Assembly (NCBI RefSeq): GCF_000737315.1
Contig: NZ_JMCB01000003.1
Location: forward strand, 20,001-144,000
DNA from: Hyalangium minutum
Lineage (GTDB): Bacteria > Myxococcota > Myxococcia > Myxococcales > Myxococcaceae
Direction: 5' to 3'
Length of the DNA stretch: 124,000 nucleotides
A model generated the notes under the pieces. It was not told the DNA's origin and searched no databases. It was given only the letters and a program-made list of their open reading frames with translations. How positions within the stretch are numbered: the first letter of the stretch is position 1; each line of letters starts with the position of its first letter. Shown piece after piece: positions 32,099 to 41,294 of the stretch. The position numbers were made by a program, and so were the translations under genes.

Positions 32099-33672
32099 AG
32101 CCTTTCGAGCAGCAGACCTATTACGAGCTCCTCGAGATCCCCGTCTCCGCGCCGGACGAGGAGATCCGCGCCGCTTACACCCGGGCCCTCGAGACGTACG
32201 CGCCTGACTCCGTCGCGGTGTACGCCCTGGTGGATCCTGGCCAGGTCGATGCTTTGCGCGCCCGGCTCACCGAGGCGATGGAGATCCTCACCGAGCCGGA
32301 CCTCCGCGCCGAGTATGACCGGATGATCGGCGTGAGCCGCGCCGACTCGAGTGCCGTGAAGGCCCTGACCCCCGCGCTGGCCGCGGCTGCTCAGTCCGTC
32401 CCGTCCCAGGAGACTTCCCAGCCTCCCGCCGCTCCAGCGCCCGAGGCCGCTCCTGCGGCGCAGACGCCCGCTTCCGCGGTGGTGGCGGCTCCCTCCGCGC
32501 CTGAGCCCGCCCCGGCGGCTGCTGCTTCGGCTGCTTCGGCTCCCACTCCCACCGCTTCGTCTGCCCCGGCCTCCACGCCTCCCCAGGCTGAGCCTGTCGC
32601 AGCCCCTGCGCCCGCTGCGCCTGCGGTTGCCGCACCCACGCTTGCCGTGCCCGAGGCTCCGTTGGGGATGCCGGGGATCGTCACGCCGAGCCAGGTCCAT
32701 GCGGCGTTCCGCAGCTATGCCATTTCGTATGTGCCCGTGCTGGTGCCCGCGCCCGCGCTGATCAGCACCGCGGTCGCCTCGCCGTTCGTGGCCTCGGGGC
32801 AGGCAGAGGCGGCACCTCCCGCACCGGAGGCACCGGCTGCCGCGCCCGCGGCTCCGGCTCCCGAGGCTGTCGCGGCCCGGGCCGTCGAGCCGGTACCTCC
32901 CGCAGCTGCTCCTGCGAGCACGGCCAGCGCAGCACCTCAGAGTGCAACGAGCACTCCCGCCGCCACGTCCGTTGCATCCTCTGAGCCTGCCGCTGTTTCC
33001 ACACCCGCCCCCGCGCCGGTGGCTGCCTCGCCAGCGCCTGCCCAGGTGCGGGTGAACGACGAGGACGAGGTCTCCGGAGTCCGGGCCCCGCTGCCCGAGC
33101 GGAAGGAGACGCCTGCCGCGGCCTCGCAGCCCACAGCCACGCCTCCCGCGCCGCCCGAGCGCCTCACGCGGCCTGTTCCCACGCCGCCGCCGCTGCCTCC
33201 CGGAGGCCGCCGCCCCGCGCGCCCGGCCGGCCCACCGACGCCCGTTCCCAGGGCTGACGCAGGGAAGGGGAGCGCGCGTCCGGGCTCGGGTCCGGGCATG
33301 GACCTCGAGGAGGCTCAGCAGATCGCCCAGGAGACCGCCATCGCCACGGCGGAGGCGGCGCTCGCCCAGGTGGCCGCCAAGGCGCGTGAGCCGAGGCCCA
33401 AGCCCATCGAGCTGCCCCCCAACACCGAGTTCAACGGCGAGGTGCTCCGGCAGGTCCGCGAGAGCCGGGGCCTGTCGCTCTCGCAGCTCGCCGAGCGCAC
33501 GCGCATCTCCAGCAAGCACCTGGAGAATGTCGAGGCGGACCGCTACACCGCGCTCCCCGCCACCGTGTACCTGCGCGGCATCCTCATGAACATCGCCCGC
33601 GAGCTCGGGTTGGATCCGCTCAAGGTCTCCCGGAGCTATCTGACTCTGGCCGCAGGGCCGAAGAAGAAGTAG
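32095..33672 (+). CDS. J-domain-like / Pro-Ala linker / RodZ-type HTH protein
   Basis: YYELLEI..IRAAY N-terminus; LRQVRESRGLSL..RTRI..VYLRGIL C-terminus. Confidence 0.8.
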   Translation: MKPFEQQTYYELLEIPVSAPDEEIRAAYTRALETYAPDSVAVYALVDPGQVDALRARLTEAMEILTEPDLRAEYDRMIGVSRADSSAVKALTPALAAAAQSVPSQETSQPPAAPAPEAAPAAQTPASAVVAAPSAPEPAPAAAASAASAPTPTASSAPASTPPQAEPVAAPAPAAPAVAAPTLAVPEAPLGMPGIVTPSQVHAAFRSYAISYVPVLVPAPALISTAVASPFVASGQAEAAPPAPEAPAAAPAAPAPEAVAARAVEPVPPAAAPASTASAAPQSATSTPAATSVASSEPAAVSTPAPAPVAASPAPAQVRVNDEDEVSGVRAPLPERKETPAAASQPTATPPAPPERLTRPVPTPPPLPPGGRRPARPAGPPTPVPRADAGKGSARPGSGPGMDLEEAQQIAQETAIATAEAALAQVAAKAREPRPKPIELPPNTEFNGEVLRQVRESRGLSLSQLAERTRISSKHLENVEADRYTALPATVYLRGILMNIARELGLDPLKVSRSYLTLAAGPKKK

Positions 33673-33751
33673 TCGGCGCACAACGGCAGGCGTGGTAGGA
33701 CTTGCCGTTAAAGTTGACTGGCCGCATTTCCGTCCCTATGAAAGAAGCGCA

Positions 33752-34015
33752 ATGACAGAGGAAGAAAAGGTCAAAGCGATGCGGCTCGCCCGCGCCATTG
33801 CCTCGGACATCTCGCTCTACAACGAGCAGAAGATCATCAAGGGCATTGAGCAGGACAACCTCTTCGAGGTCCTCAAGGACGAGCTCGACGAGGGGCGTGA
33901 GCTCTACAAGAGCCGCGTGAGCGCCGAGATCTTCACGAAGACGAACTTCTTCGAGCGGGCCATCAACGACATCGTCCTGCGCTCCAAGGCGCACGTGAAG
34001 TCGAAGATTTGGTAG
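33752..34015 (+). CDS. romX: RomX-like small protein (MglA GEF-complex component)
   Basis: 87 aa RLARAIASDISLYN..; size and position between a DnaJ-like gene and rluD match my recollection of the M. xanthus romX locus. Confidence 0.65.
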   Translation: MTEEEKVKAMRLARAIASDISLYNEQKIIKGIEQDNLFEVLKDELDEGRELYKSRVSAEIFTKTNFFERAINDIVLRSKAHVKSKIW

Positions 34016-34950
34016 CTCCCGAAGCGCGCGAGCACCAGGCCCCGCCCGAGGCCCGTGGCGAGCGGCTGGATCAGCACCTCGCGCGCGCCCATCCCGATCT
34101 CACCCGGTCCCGTCTCCAGGGGCTCATCGAGGCGGGCCACGTCCAGGTGGACGGCCGGCCCGCGAAGGCCTCGCTGCGGCTGCGCGGCGGTGAGCGGCTC
34201 TCCCTCCACATCCCCGCGCCCGTGGCGGCCGTGCCGGTGGCCGAAGCGCTGCCGATCGACGTGCTCCACGAGGATCGGGATCTCGTCGTGGTGAACAAGG
34301 CGGCGGGCATGGTGGTGCACCCGGGGGCGGGGCACGCCTCGGGGACGCTGGTCAACGCGCTGCTGCACCGGGTGAAGGATCTGGCCGGAGTGGGCGGCGA
34401 GCTGCGGCCGGGCATCGTCCACCGGCTCGACAAGGACACCACGGGGTGCCTCGTGGTGGCGAAGAACGAGCGGACGCTCGTGGCGCTGCAGAAGGCCTTC
34501 AAGACGCGCGCGGTGGAGAAGACGTACCTGGCGCTGGTACACGGCCACCCCAAGCCCGAGGGCCGCATCGAGACGCTGTACGGGCGCCACCCGGTGCACC
34601 GGCAGAAGTTCACCGGCAAAGTCAAAGAGGGCAAGCCCGCGATCACGGTGTACCGGACGCGCGAGCTCTTCGAGGGCGCCGCGCTCGTCGAGGTGGACCT
34701 GCTGACGGGCCGCACGCACCAGATCCGCGTGCACCTGGCCGAGGCGGCGCATCCGCTCTTGTGCGATGCGTTGTACGGCGCCGGGCGCAAGGCGAAGGGG
34801 CCAGTGCTCGAGGCCCAGGAGGCGCTGGGGCGCCAGGCGCTGCACGCGTGGCGGCTCGCGTTCACGCACCCGCGGACGGGCAAGGCGCTGAAGCTGGAGG
34901 CGCCGCTGCCCGCGGACTTCGAAGCAGCAATCGCGCGTCTCCGCAATTGA
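34009..34950 (+). CDS. rluD: RluA/RluD family pseudouridine synthase
   Basis: S4 domain; VHRLDKDTTG; GRTHQIRVH. Confidence 0.88.
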   Translation: MVAPEAREHQAPPEARGERLDQHLARAHPDLTRSRLQGLIEAGHVQVDGRPAKASLRLRGGERLSLHIPAPVAAVPVAEALPIDVLHEDRDLVVVNKAAGMVVHPGAGHASGTLVNALLHRVKDLAGVGGELRPGIVHRLDKDTTGCLVVAKNERTLVALQKAFKTRAVEKTYLALVHGHPKPEGRIETLYGRHPVHRQKFTGKVKEGKPAITVYRTRELFEGAALVEVDLLTGRTHQIRVHLAEAAHPLLCDALYGAGRKAKGPVLEAQEALGRQALHAWRLAFTHPRTGKALKLEAPLPADFEAAIARLRN

Positions 34951-35100
34951 ACTCCAGGGCAGGGTGCGTGCTCGCGCGGCGCGTCACTCACCCCGGGGGA
35001 GGAAGGGAGCGTCTCCCCCCAACTATCGGGTCCACATTCACTCCTCGTAAGATTCGCGTGGGCTTCGGAGCTGACGTCGGGCGCCCAGAGATCTCAAGAC

Positions 35101-36084
35101 ATGTCGCTCAAGACGCGATGGCTTGCGAGCATGTGGGGGGTGATTTTGGGAGGGATCGTCATCACGACGATCGCGAGCTCCAGCCTCAGCATCATCGGCC
35201 TTGGGCTGCTGTTGCTGCCGCTGCTGGGGTTCATCGTCTGGAGGCTCGTCAATGACATGGTGCGTGAGCTGACGGAGACTCAGCGGCGGCTCGCCTATTC
35301 GGAGAAGATGGCCGCGGTCAGCCAGCTCGCCGCGGGCGTGGGACACGAGATCAACAACCCCATCACCTATGTCTCCGCCAATCTCGGCTTCGCCACGGAG
35401 ATCCTCGCCGAGCTGAGCGGTACCTCCCGGACTGCGGACTCCCCGCCGCTGCCTCCCGAGGTGGCCGAGCAGCTCCGCGAAGTCTCCGAGGCCCTGCGGG
35501 AGGCGCAGGATGGGGCCCAGCGCGTGGCCCGCATCGTGAGGGATCTGCGCACCTTCGCTCAGCCCGGCAATGCGGCGGGGCAGCTGGTGGAGATCCGCTC
35601 CATCATCGAGTCCGCGCTGAAGCTCGCCTCCAACCCCCTCCTGCTCCGGGCGCGTGTCTTCTGTGACTTCCAGGTGGAGATCCGGGTGAGGGCCCCCGAG
35701 GCGCGGTTGGTCCAGGTCTTCATGAACCTGCTCGTCAATGCGGCACAGGCCATTCCTCCTGGGCACGTCGAGGAGAACGAGGTCCGCGTCACCACGTCCC
35801 TGGGGACCGAGGGCTTCATCGTGGTGGAGGTGAGTGACACGGGGCAGGGCATGCCTCCCGAGGTGCTCAAGCGGTTGTTCGAGCCCTTCTTCACCACCAA
35901 GCCGGTGGGGCAGGGCACGGGCCTGGGGCTGTCCATCTGCCGGAACGTCATCGAGGGGATGGGGGGCACCCTGACGGTGCGTAGCACCGTGGGGAAGGGC
36001 AGCGCCTTCCGGATCACCTTGCCCGAGGCGGGGCCTCTGGGCGCGCAGTTCCCTCAGGACGCGGGGGCGGCTCTGCGCGGGTGA
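35101..36084 (+). CDS. Histidine kinase with minimal membrane sensor
   Basis: 2 TM; VGHEINNP, NLLVNA, DTGQG, GTGLGL. Confidence 0.88.
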   Translation: MSLKTRWLASMWGVILGGIVITTIASSSLSIIGLGLLLLPLLGFIVWRLVNDMVRELTETQRRLAYSEKMAAVSQLAAGVGHEINNPITYVSANLGFATEILAELSGTSRTADSPPLPPEVAEQLREVSEALREAQDGAQRVARIVRDLRTFAQPGNAAGQLVEIRSIIESALKLASNPLLLRARVFCDFQVEIRVRAPEARLVQVFMNLLVNAAQAIPPGHVEENEVRVTTSLGTEGFIVVEVSDTGQGMPPEVLKRLFEPFFTTKPVGQGTGLGLSICRNVIEGMGGTLTVRSTVGKGSAFRITLPEAGPLGAQFPQDAGAALRG

Positions 36085-36222
36085 GCAGGGGCCGTGCGTT
36101 CCATGTTGGTGCACCTCGCCTCAATCTGGAGCGAGCAGGAGATCCAAACTGGACGGGAATTCCCTCGGTTCCGAGCGGCTCCCGTCTGAAACGGTGCAGG
36201 CACGCGGCTCGCATGGGTGGGG

Positions 36223-38538
36223 ATGAACCCCCAACGAGCAGGTGTCCGCGTGCCTCCGCCGAACAACAGCAGCGAAGCCATCCAGCGCATCTCCCTGAAG
36301 AACCGCGAGTACGCGTACATCGAGGACGCCAACCGCGGTGTGGTGCTGGTGGAGATCGGCCCCAAGGTGCTCACGCTGGAGGCCCACCTCACCCTGGTGA
36401 CCAAGAGCCGGATGATCGAGCTGGGCACCGGCAGCTGGTGCGTGGTGCGCAACCCGGTGGTGCGCGAGGAGGGCAAGGTCTCGTTGGACGACTTTGGCCA
36501 GGCCCGTATCGCCGTGGGCGATCGCGAGGTCCGCGTCGGTCCTCAGGTGTTCCCGCTGTACCCCGGTGAAGAGCTCGAGGGCGAGATCACCCCCGAGTAC
36601 GTGCTGGGAGTCTATGACGCGCTCCGGCTGCGCGCGCTCACGGCGTTCATGGATGAGCGGACCCCGGGTGGGCCGCGCCGCCGCGAGGCCGGTGACGAGT
36701 GGCTCGTGCGAGGCCCTGGCCGCTACGTCCCGAGCGCCGCAGTGATGGTGGTCTCCACCGAGAAGGCTCGCGTCCTGAAGGAGACCGAGTACTGCATCGT
36801 GCTCAACCCCGTGGATCGAACCACTGGGAAGATCCAGGAGGGCCGCCGCAAGGTCATCTCAGGCCCGGACGTGTTCTTCCTGGAGCCGGGCGAGCAGCTC
36901 GAGGGCGACGTCCGTCGCAAGCACGTGCTCTCGGAGATGCAGGGGCTGAAGCTCCAGGCGCTCGATGACTTCTCCGAGCCGGAGGAGGGCGGCGAGCCCC
37001 GGCTGCGCAAGGCGGGTGACACGTGGATCGTCCGTGGCCCGCGCACCTACGTGCCGAACGAGAAGGTCGTCATCCAGAAGGAGATCGTCGCGCTGTCGCT
37101 TGGCCAGGGCGAGGGCCTCTACGTGAGGGATCTGCGCTCCGGCAAGGTGTCGCTGGTCCAGGGGCCGTGCCAGTTCATGCCCGAGGCCCACCAGGAGCTG
37201 CACGAGAAGCGGCTCTCGCCGGATGCCGAGGCGCTGCTGGGCCTGGCGCCGCCCGCGCAGGCGCCGCACCTGGCCGCCGTGGAGGGCAAGGAGGGCAAGG
37301 CGCCGCCGCGTCCGTCCGCCAGCGCTTCGGATCGGGTGGACCGTACGCGCGCCATCGTGCTGCGCATCGAGGACAACACCTCGGTGCTCATCAACGACTT
37401 CGAGACCAACCACGCCCGGGTGGAGTTCGGCCCCGCGAAGGTGATGCTGCGCCCCTACGAGGACGTGACGGTGCTCGACTTGTCCGGCGGGACGCCCAAG
37501 CGCCCGCGGCAGCTCAAGGTGCTCATGCTGCGCCTGGGGCCTGACTTCGCCACGGACCTGTTCGAGGTGGCCACGCGGGACCACGCGCGCCTGCGCATCA
37601 AGCTCTCGTACAAGTGGCAGTTCGACGTGGAGGGGGACTCAGAGAAGGACAAGGCCATCTTCCGGGTGAACGACTTCATCGGCTACGTGTGCGAGAACCT
37701 CGCGTCGCGCATCCGCCAGGTGGCGGCGGAGAACGACTTCGAGACGTTCCACAAGAACGCGAGCGTGCTGATCCGCCGTGCCATCTTCGGGGTGGATGAG
37801 GCGGGCAAGGCGCGCAAGGACCGCCTGTTCAGCGAGAACAAGCTGCGCATCATCGACATCGACATCAAGGACATCGCCCCGGTCGATGACAAGACGGCGC
37901 TCAAGCTGCGCGAGGCCATCGACACCAACATCCAGATCCAGCTGGATGCGTCGAAGCAGGAGGCGCAGGCAGCGGCCGAGCTGAAGCGCATCCGCAGCGA
38001 GGAGGAGAAGCAACTGGCGGATATCTCCAGCCACCGGAAGTCGGAGGCGGAGCGCCAGTCGCTCATCGAGCTGCAGAACAAGAACCATCAGCTGGCCACG
38101 CTGAGCCACGCGAAGGTGGAGGCCGAGGCGCAGCTGGAGAAGGCGCGCGTGGAGAGCGAGGAGGCATTGGCCCGAGCCGAGGCCGAGGCCCGCGCGTCCC
38201 GCATCCGCACCGAGGCGGAGCTCGAGCGCGAGCGGATGATGTCGGAGGTGACGCTGGAGCGGCAGAAGAAGCTGAATGATCTCGAGGTGGATCGTCAGGC
38301 GCGGCTGGCGGCGGTGGAGGCTGATCAGTTCCGCCAGCGGGTCGAGGCGCTCGGGGGCGGAGAGAACTTCGTCAAGGCGGTGGCCGCGCAGGCACAGGCG
38401 GCGGTGGTGGGCGGCCTGGACAAGGTCGTCTTCCTGCCGAGCGGCTCGAACCTGAACCTGTTCGACTCCATGCAGGGGCTGCTCGGCCCTGGAGGCAAGA
38501 ACGGGGTGACGGGCGACAAGAACACCGGCACCCACTGA
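36223..38538 (+). CDS. Major vault protein (MVP) homologue
   Basis: Vault repeats (FPLYPGE, AGDEWLVRGP, YCIVLNP, FFLEPGE, EGLYVRD..GKV), shoulder domain (LRLGPDF.TD..TRDHARL; FHKNAS), cap helix, cap ring NLF..GLLG. Confidence 0.92.
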   Translation: MNPQRAGVRVPPPNNSSEAIQRISLKNREYAYIEDANRGVVLVEIGPKVLTLEAHLTLVTKSRMIELGTGSWCVVRNPVVREEGKVSLDDFGQARIAVGDREVRVGPQVFPLYPGEELEGEITPEYVLGVYDALRLRALTAFMDERTPGGPRRREAGDEWLVRGPGRYVPSAAVMVVSTEKARVLKETEYCIVLNPVDRTTGKIQEGRRKVISGPDVFFLEPGEQLEGDVRRKHVLSEMQGLKLQALDDFSEPEEGGEPRLRKAGDTWIVRGPRTYVPNEKVVIQKEIVALSLGQGEGLYVRDLRSGKVSLVQGPCQFMPEAHQELHEKRLSPDAEALLGLAPPAQAPHLAAVEGKEGKAPPRPSASASDRVDRTRAIVLRIEDNTSVLINDFETNHARVEFGPAKVMLRPYEDVTVLDLSGGTPKRPRQLKVLMLRLGPDFATDLFEVATRDHARLRIKLSYKWQFDVEGDSEKDKAIFRVNDFIGYVCENLASRIRQVAAENDFETFHKNASVLIRRAIFGVDEAGKARKDRLFSENKLRIIDIDIKDIAPVDDKTALKLREAIDTNIQIQLDASKQEAQAAAELKRIRSEEEKQLADISSHRKSEAERQSLIELQNKNHQLATLSHAKVEAEAQLEKARVESEEALARAEAEARASRIRTEAELERERMMSEVTLERQKKLNDLEVDRQARLAAVEADQFRQRVEALGGGENFVKAVAAQAQAAVVGGLDKVVFLPSGSNLNLFDSMQGLLGPGGKNGVTGDKNTGTH

Positions 38539-38636
38539 GGTTTTGAGCACAGTGTGGGGCGGGCTTCTTCCCTCCATTGGACAGAAGTCCGCCCCTCGGC
38601 TTGTCGCAGGCCCAGCACTCGGTGCATTCAGAACGC

Positions 38637-39005
38637 ATGGCCATCGCAGAGGTGCACATGAGGCTGGGGAAGTTGCTCGGCAGCATCGATGAGGTGCTGG
38701 GCACCCCCAAGGTGGATATTCGCTCGATTGAGCGGCTCATCGATCAGGCGCGCTGGGCGAAGCTCTACATCGACTTCGAGCTGGCGTTTAAGCCCTACCG
38801 CGACGTCCTGGATGCGGACTGGGGCACGCGCAAGTTCGTGTCGGAGACCTCGGCGCGCCAGATGTTCGAGGAGTTCCGCACCCGGCTGGGCGACGTGGCG
38901 GCGGAGACCGCGGGCCATGTGCCGCTGCGCAACCTCCGGGCTCGTGTCGAAGGCGTCCTCAACGTTGCCCAGCAGTGGTGGGGAACACTGGCCCATCCTT
39001 CTTGA
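38637..39005 (+). CDS. Hypothetical protein downstream of MVP
   Basis: 122 aa, same strand, GC3-typical codons. Confidence 0.6.
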   Translation: MAIAEVHMRLGKLLGSIDEVLGTPKVDIRSIERLIDQARWAKLYIDFELAFKPYRDVLDADWGTRKFVSETSARQMFEEFRTRLGDVAAETAGHVPLRNLRARVEGVLNVAQQWWGTLAHPS

Positions 39006-39050
39006 TGCGTGGGGCCTCTGCTCCGGTGTTGCGCCGGGAGGAGGCAGGGG

Positions 39051-40307
39051 TCAGCGGTGCAGATGGGACTCGGTCTGCTCCAGGTGGCGGCGGGCCTGGG
39101 TGAGGGCCCGCTCCGCGACGGCGGCCTGCTCATCGGCGCGCTCGGCTTCTTCGGTCTGAGCGCGCTCGGCCTCCTCGGCGTTCTGGAGTTCTTCGCGGGC
39201 CTGACGGGCCAGATCCTCGGCGGCTTCGAGCGCCTCGCGTGCGCGGTGGACTTGGGTCTCGGCAGTCTCGAGGACCCGGCGAGCCTGGAGGGTCTGGGCC
39301 TTCATGGTCCGCAGTGCCGCCTGGGCGCGTACCAGGTTGTGGCGTGCGTTCTTCTCGGCCAGGGTGGCCTCGTCCGCGCTTTGCTTGGCCTCCCGGCGGA
39401 GCTGACGCAGCTCCACATCGCGCTGGCGCCGGGTCTCGGCCTCCGCTTCTTTATGGGCCTTGCGCTTCTGAGCGGGAGACTCAGCCGGGACGGCATGCGG
39501 CTTCGGACTCGGCATGGTCCGGACCGGGATTTGTTCCTCTTCCTCCCGAGGCGCCCAAGGGCCTCGCAGCACCTTGGCGTCCGCGCGATGAGGCGTGGGG
39601 GCAGGGCGTGCCGGGGTTTTCTCGGGACGGCGGCTGGGCGGTGGCTTTGGAGGCTTGGGGGCGGGGCGTTCCGGAGCAGGGCCGACGAGCATGAGCGGGG
39701 AGAGTGACCCGAAGCCGGAGCTGCGGAGCGGCTGGGTCAAGGTGCCCCGGGCGAGGATGGCGCGCTCCTCGGCCGTGCCCAGCGCGGCAGCGCGCAGGGT
39801 CTCTTCGACCTGGCGGATGAGATCTCCCGTGGCGTCACGGCCCAGCGCACTCAGCGAGGCGTTGACGTCCTTCATCAAGACTTCGAGCGACTGTTGAAAG
39901 GTGCGGTTGGCATCCTTGAGCTGATCGGTGGCCAGCCCGGACATGGCGCGGCGGTGGGCCAGCTCCAGCGCATGGGCAGAGGAGAGGAACTGATCCATGT
40001 GCTCTGGCTGTCCCTGGGCCAGCCGGTTGACGATCCACGCGGGGACAACGGGGCGCTTGAGCTTCTTGATCGCCTGGGCTTCCTGGGTGTGACCCTCGGC
40101 GGTGAGCGCCTTGGCGAGCGCATCCCGTGTGCGGGTGAACTGATCCAGGGGCAGGGCGTACAGGGCGCGTTGCCGGGCGGCGATCTCCGCCTCGGAGCTT
40201 CCTTGCTTGCCCCGCGAACCGGGAGGCGTTTTCGAGCGAGACGCCACGGGTTCAAGGTGCGATCCGGCGGCGCGAAACGGCAAGTACCTGACTTCCTGGA
40301 GCGCCAT
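39051..40307 (-). CDS. Hypothetical coiled-coil protein
   Basis: LYALPLDQF..RDALA..LKRP..AWIVNRL N-terminal family motif; long C-terminal coiled coil. Confidence 0.65.
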   Translation of the reverse strand: MALQEVRYLPFRAAGSHLEPVASRSKTPPGSRGKQGSSEAEIAARQRALYALPLDQFTRTRDALAKALTAEGHTQEAQAIKKLKRPVVPAWIVNRLAQGQPEHMDQFLSSAHALELAHRRAMSGLATDQLKDANRTFQQSLEVLMKDVNASLSALGRDATGDLIRQVEETLRAAALGTAEERAILARGTLTQPLRSSGFGSLSPLMLVGPAPERPAPKPPKPPPSRRPEKTPARPAPTPHRADAKVLRGPWAPREEEEQIPVRTMPSPKPHAVPAESPAQKRKAHKEAEAETRRQRDVELRQLRREAKQSADEATLAEKNARHNLVRAQAALRTMKAQTLQARRVLETAETQVHRAREALEAAEDLARQAREELQNAEEAERAQTEEAERADEQAAVAERALTQARRHLEQTESHLHR

Positions 40308-40316
40308 GCCTGCTAA

Positions 40317-41294
40317 TCAGTCAGCAGGCTTCGTCGAGGCTGCTTTCCGGGCCAGTTCGAGCTGCTCGCGGATCCACTCTCTGTAGAAGTAGGTGCTTGT
40401 GTACTCGGAGAACTCGACAGGGGCGCGATAGCTCGTCTTCGCGATCCCGACGAGCTCCAAGGCGTCGCCGTTCTCGCGGAGGCACGGGCCTCCACTGTCT
40501 CCAGCCAGTGCGTACGAGGCGGTCTCCCGCATCAGGAGCGGCTCTCCCTCGGAGAAGGTGGGCGGAATGAGCAAGGGCTTCGCGATGCGAAAGGTCTTGC
40601 CGTCCGTCTCTTCCAGAGATGCGACCTCATTGGTGCCTATCCGGCGAGCACCGCCATCCTCAGCATTGGGTCTCGTGACACCGTAGCCCACGCTGATCAC
40701 GGGTTCTGAGACACGGACCTTGGTGCGAGAGAGAGGAACGGCACGGAGTCCGCCAACGAGCGGTCGATCCAGGACAATGACTGCGAGGTCCGCATTGCTG
40801 GAGAGTTCCCGGCTGTCCGACTCACGGGCGTAACGGATCTTGAGCTCCGGATGAGGACGAACCCGCCCAGTGTGCGAGATGACATCTGCTGGCCACTGCA
40901 GGTCCTCTCGCAGGATGCTTCTCTGCTCTTCTGAGAGGGGCCTGTAGCGGACGGTCGTCACAGTGGCGGTCTTGGCGCACTGGGATGCATCAACGACGAA
41001 GGTCCCTGCGTCTTCGGGAGTGGTCCCTGCATGGGAGGCGCACACGCAGTGACCAGCCGTGAGAATGAGCTGAGCATGGGTGAGCACCCCGCTGCACGTT
41101 TTGAAGGCTACGCCTTTCCTGCTATCGAAGGTCGCGGTGACCCTGACGGTCGAGGCGTAGCGGTTCGAGGCATCCAGGACACTCTCCGAGACAATGGAGT
41201 AGCCACCGCTGGTCTGCTGCACCGCACCAGGACCCGCACAGCCGATGAGGGCTGTGAGCGGGAGCCAGATAAGGCATCTTGTGAAAGGGCTCAT
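40317..41294 (-). CDS. Trypsin-like serine protease lipoprotein
   Basis: Lipobox LIGC; LTAGHC, ADLAVI, GDSGGP. Confidence 0.88.
   Translation of the reverse strand: MSPFTRCLIWLPLTALIGCAGPGAVQQTSGGYSIVSESVLDASNRYASTVRVTATFDSRKGVAFKTCSGVLTHAQLILTAGHCVCASHAGTTPEDAGTFVVDASQCAKTATVTTVRYRPLSEEQRSILREDLQWPADVISHTGRVRPHPELKIRYARESDSRELSSNADLAVIVLDRPLVGGLRAVPLSRTKVRVSEPVISVGYGVTRPNAEDGGARRIGTNEVASLEETDGKTFRIAKPLLIPPTFSEGEPLLMRETASYALAGDSGGPCLRENGDALELVGIAKTSYRAPVEFSEYTSTYFYREWIREQLELARKAASTKPAD

Noticed and set aside
36198-36212. Sigma-54-like AGGCACGCGGCTCGC before MVP
   Set aside because: Two mismatches and would require a leaderless transcript; too weak
39051-40307. Possible transposase
   Set aside because: No DDE or other catalytic motif, no terminal inverted repeats
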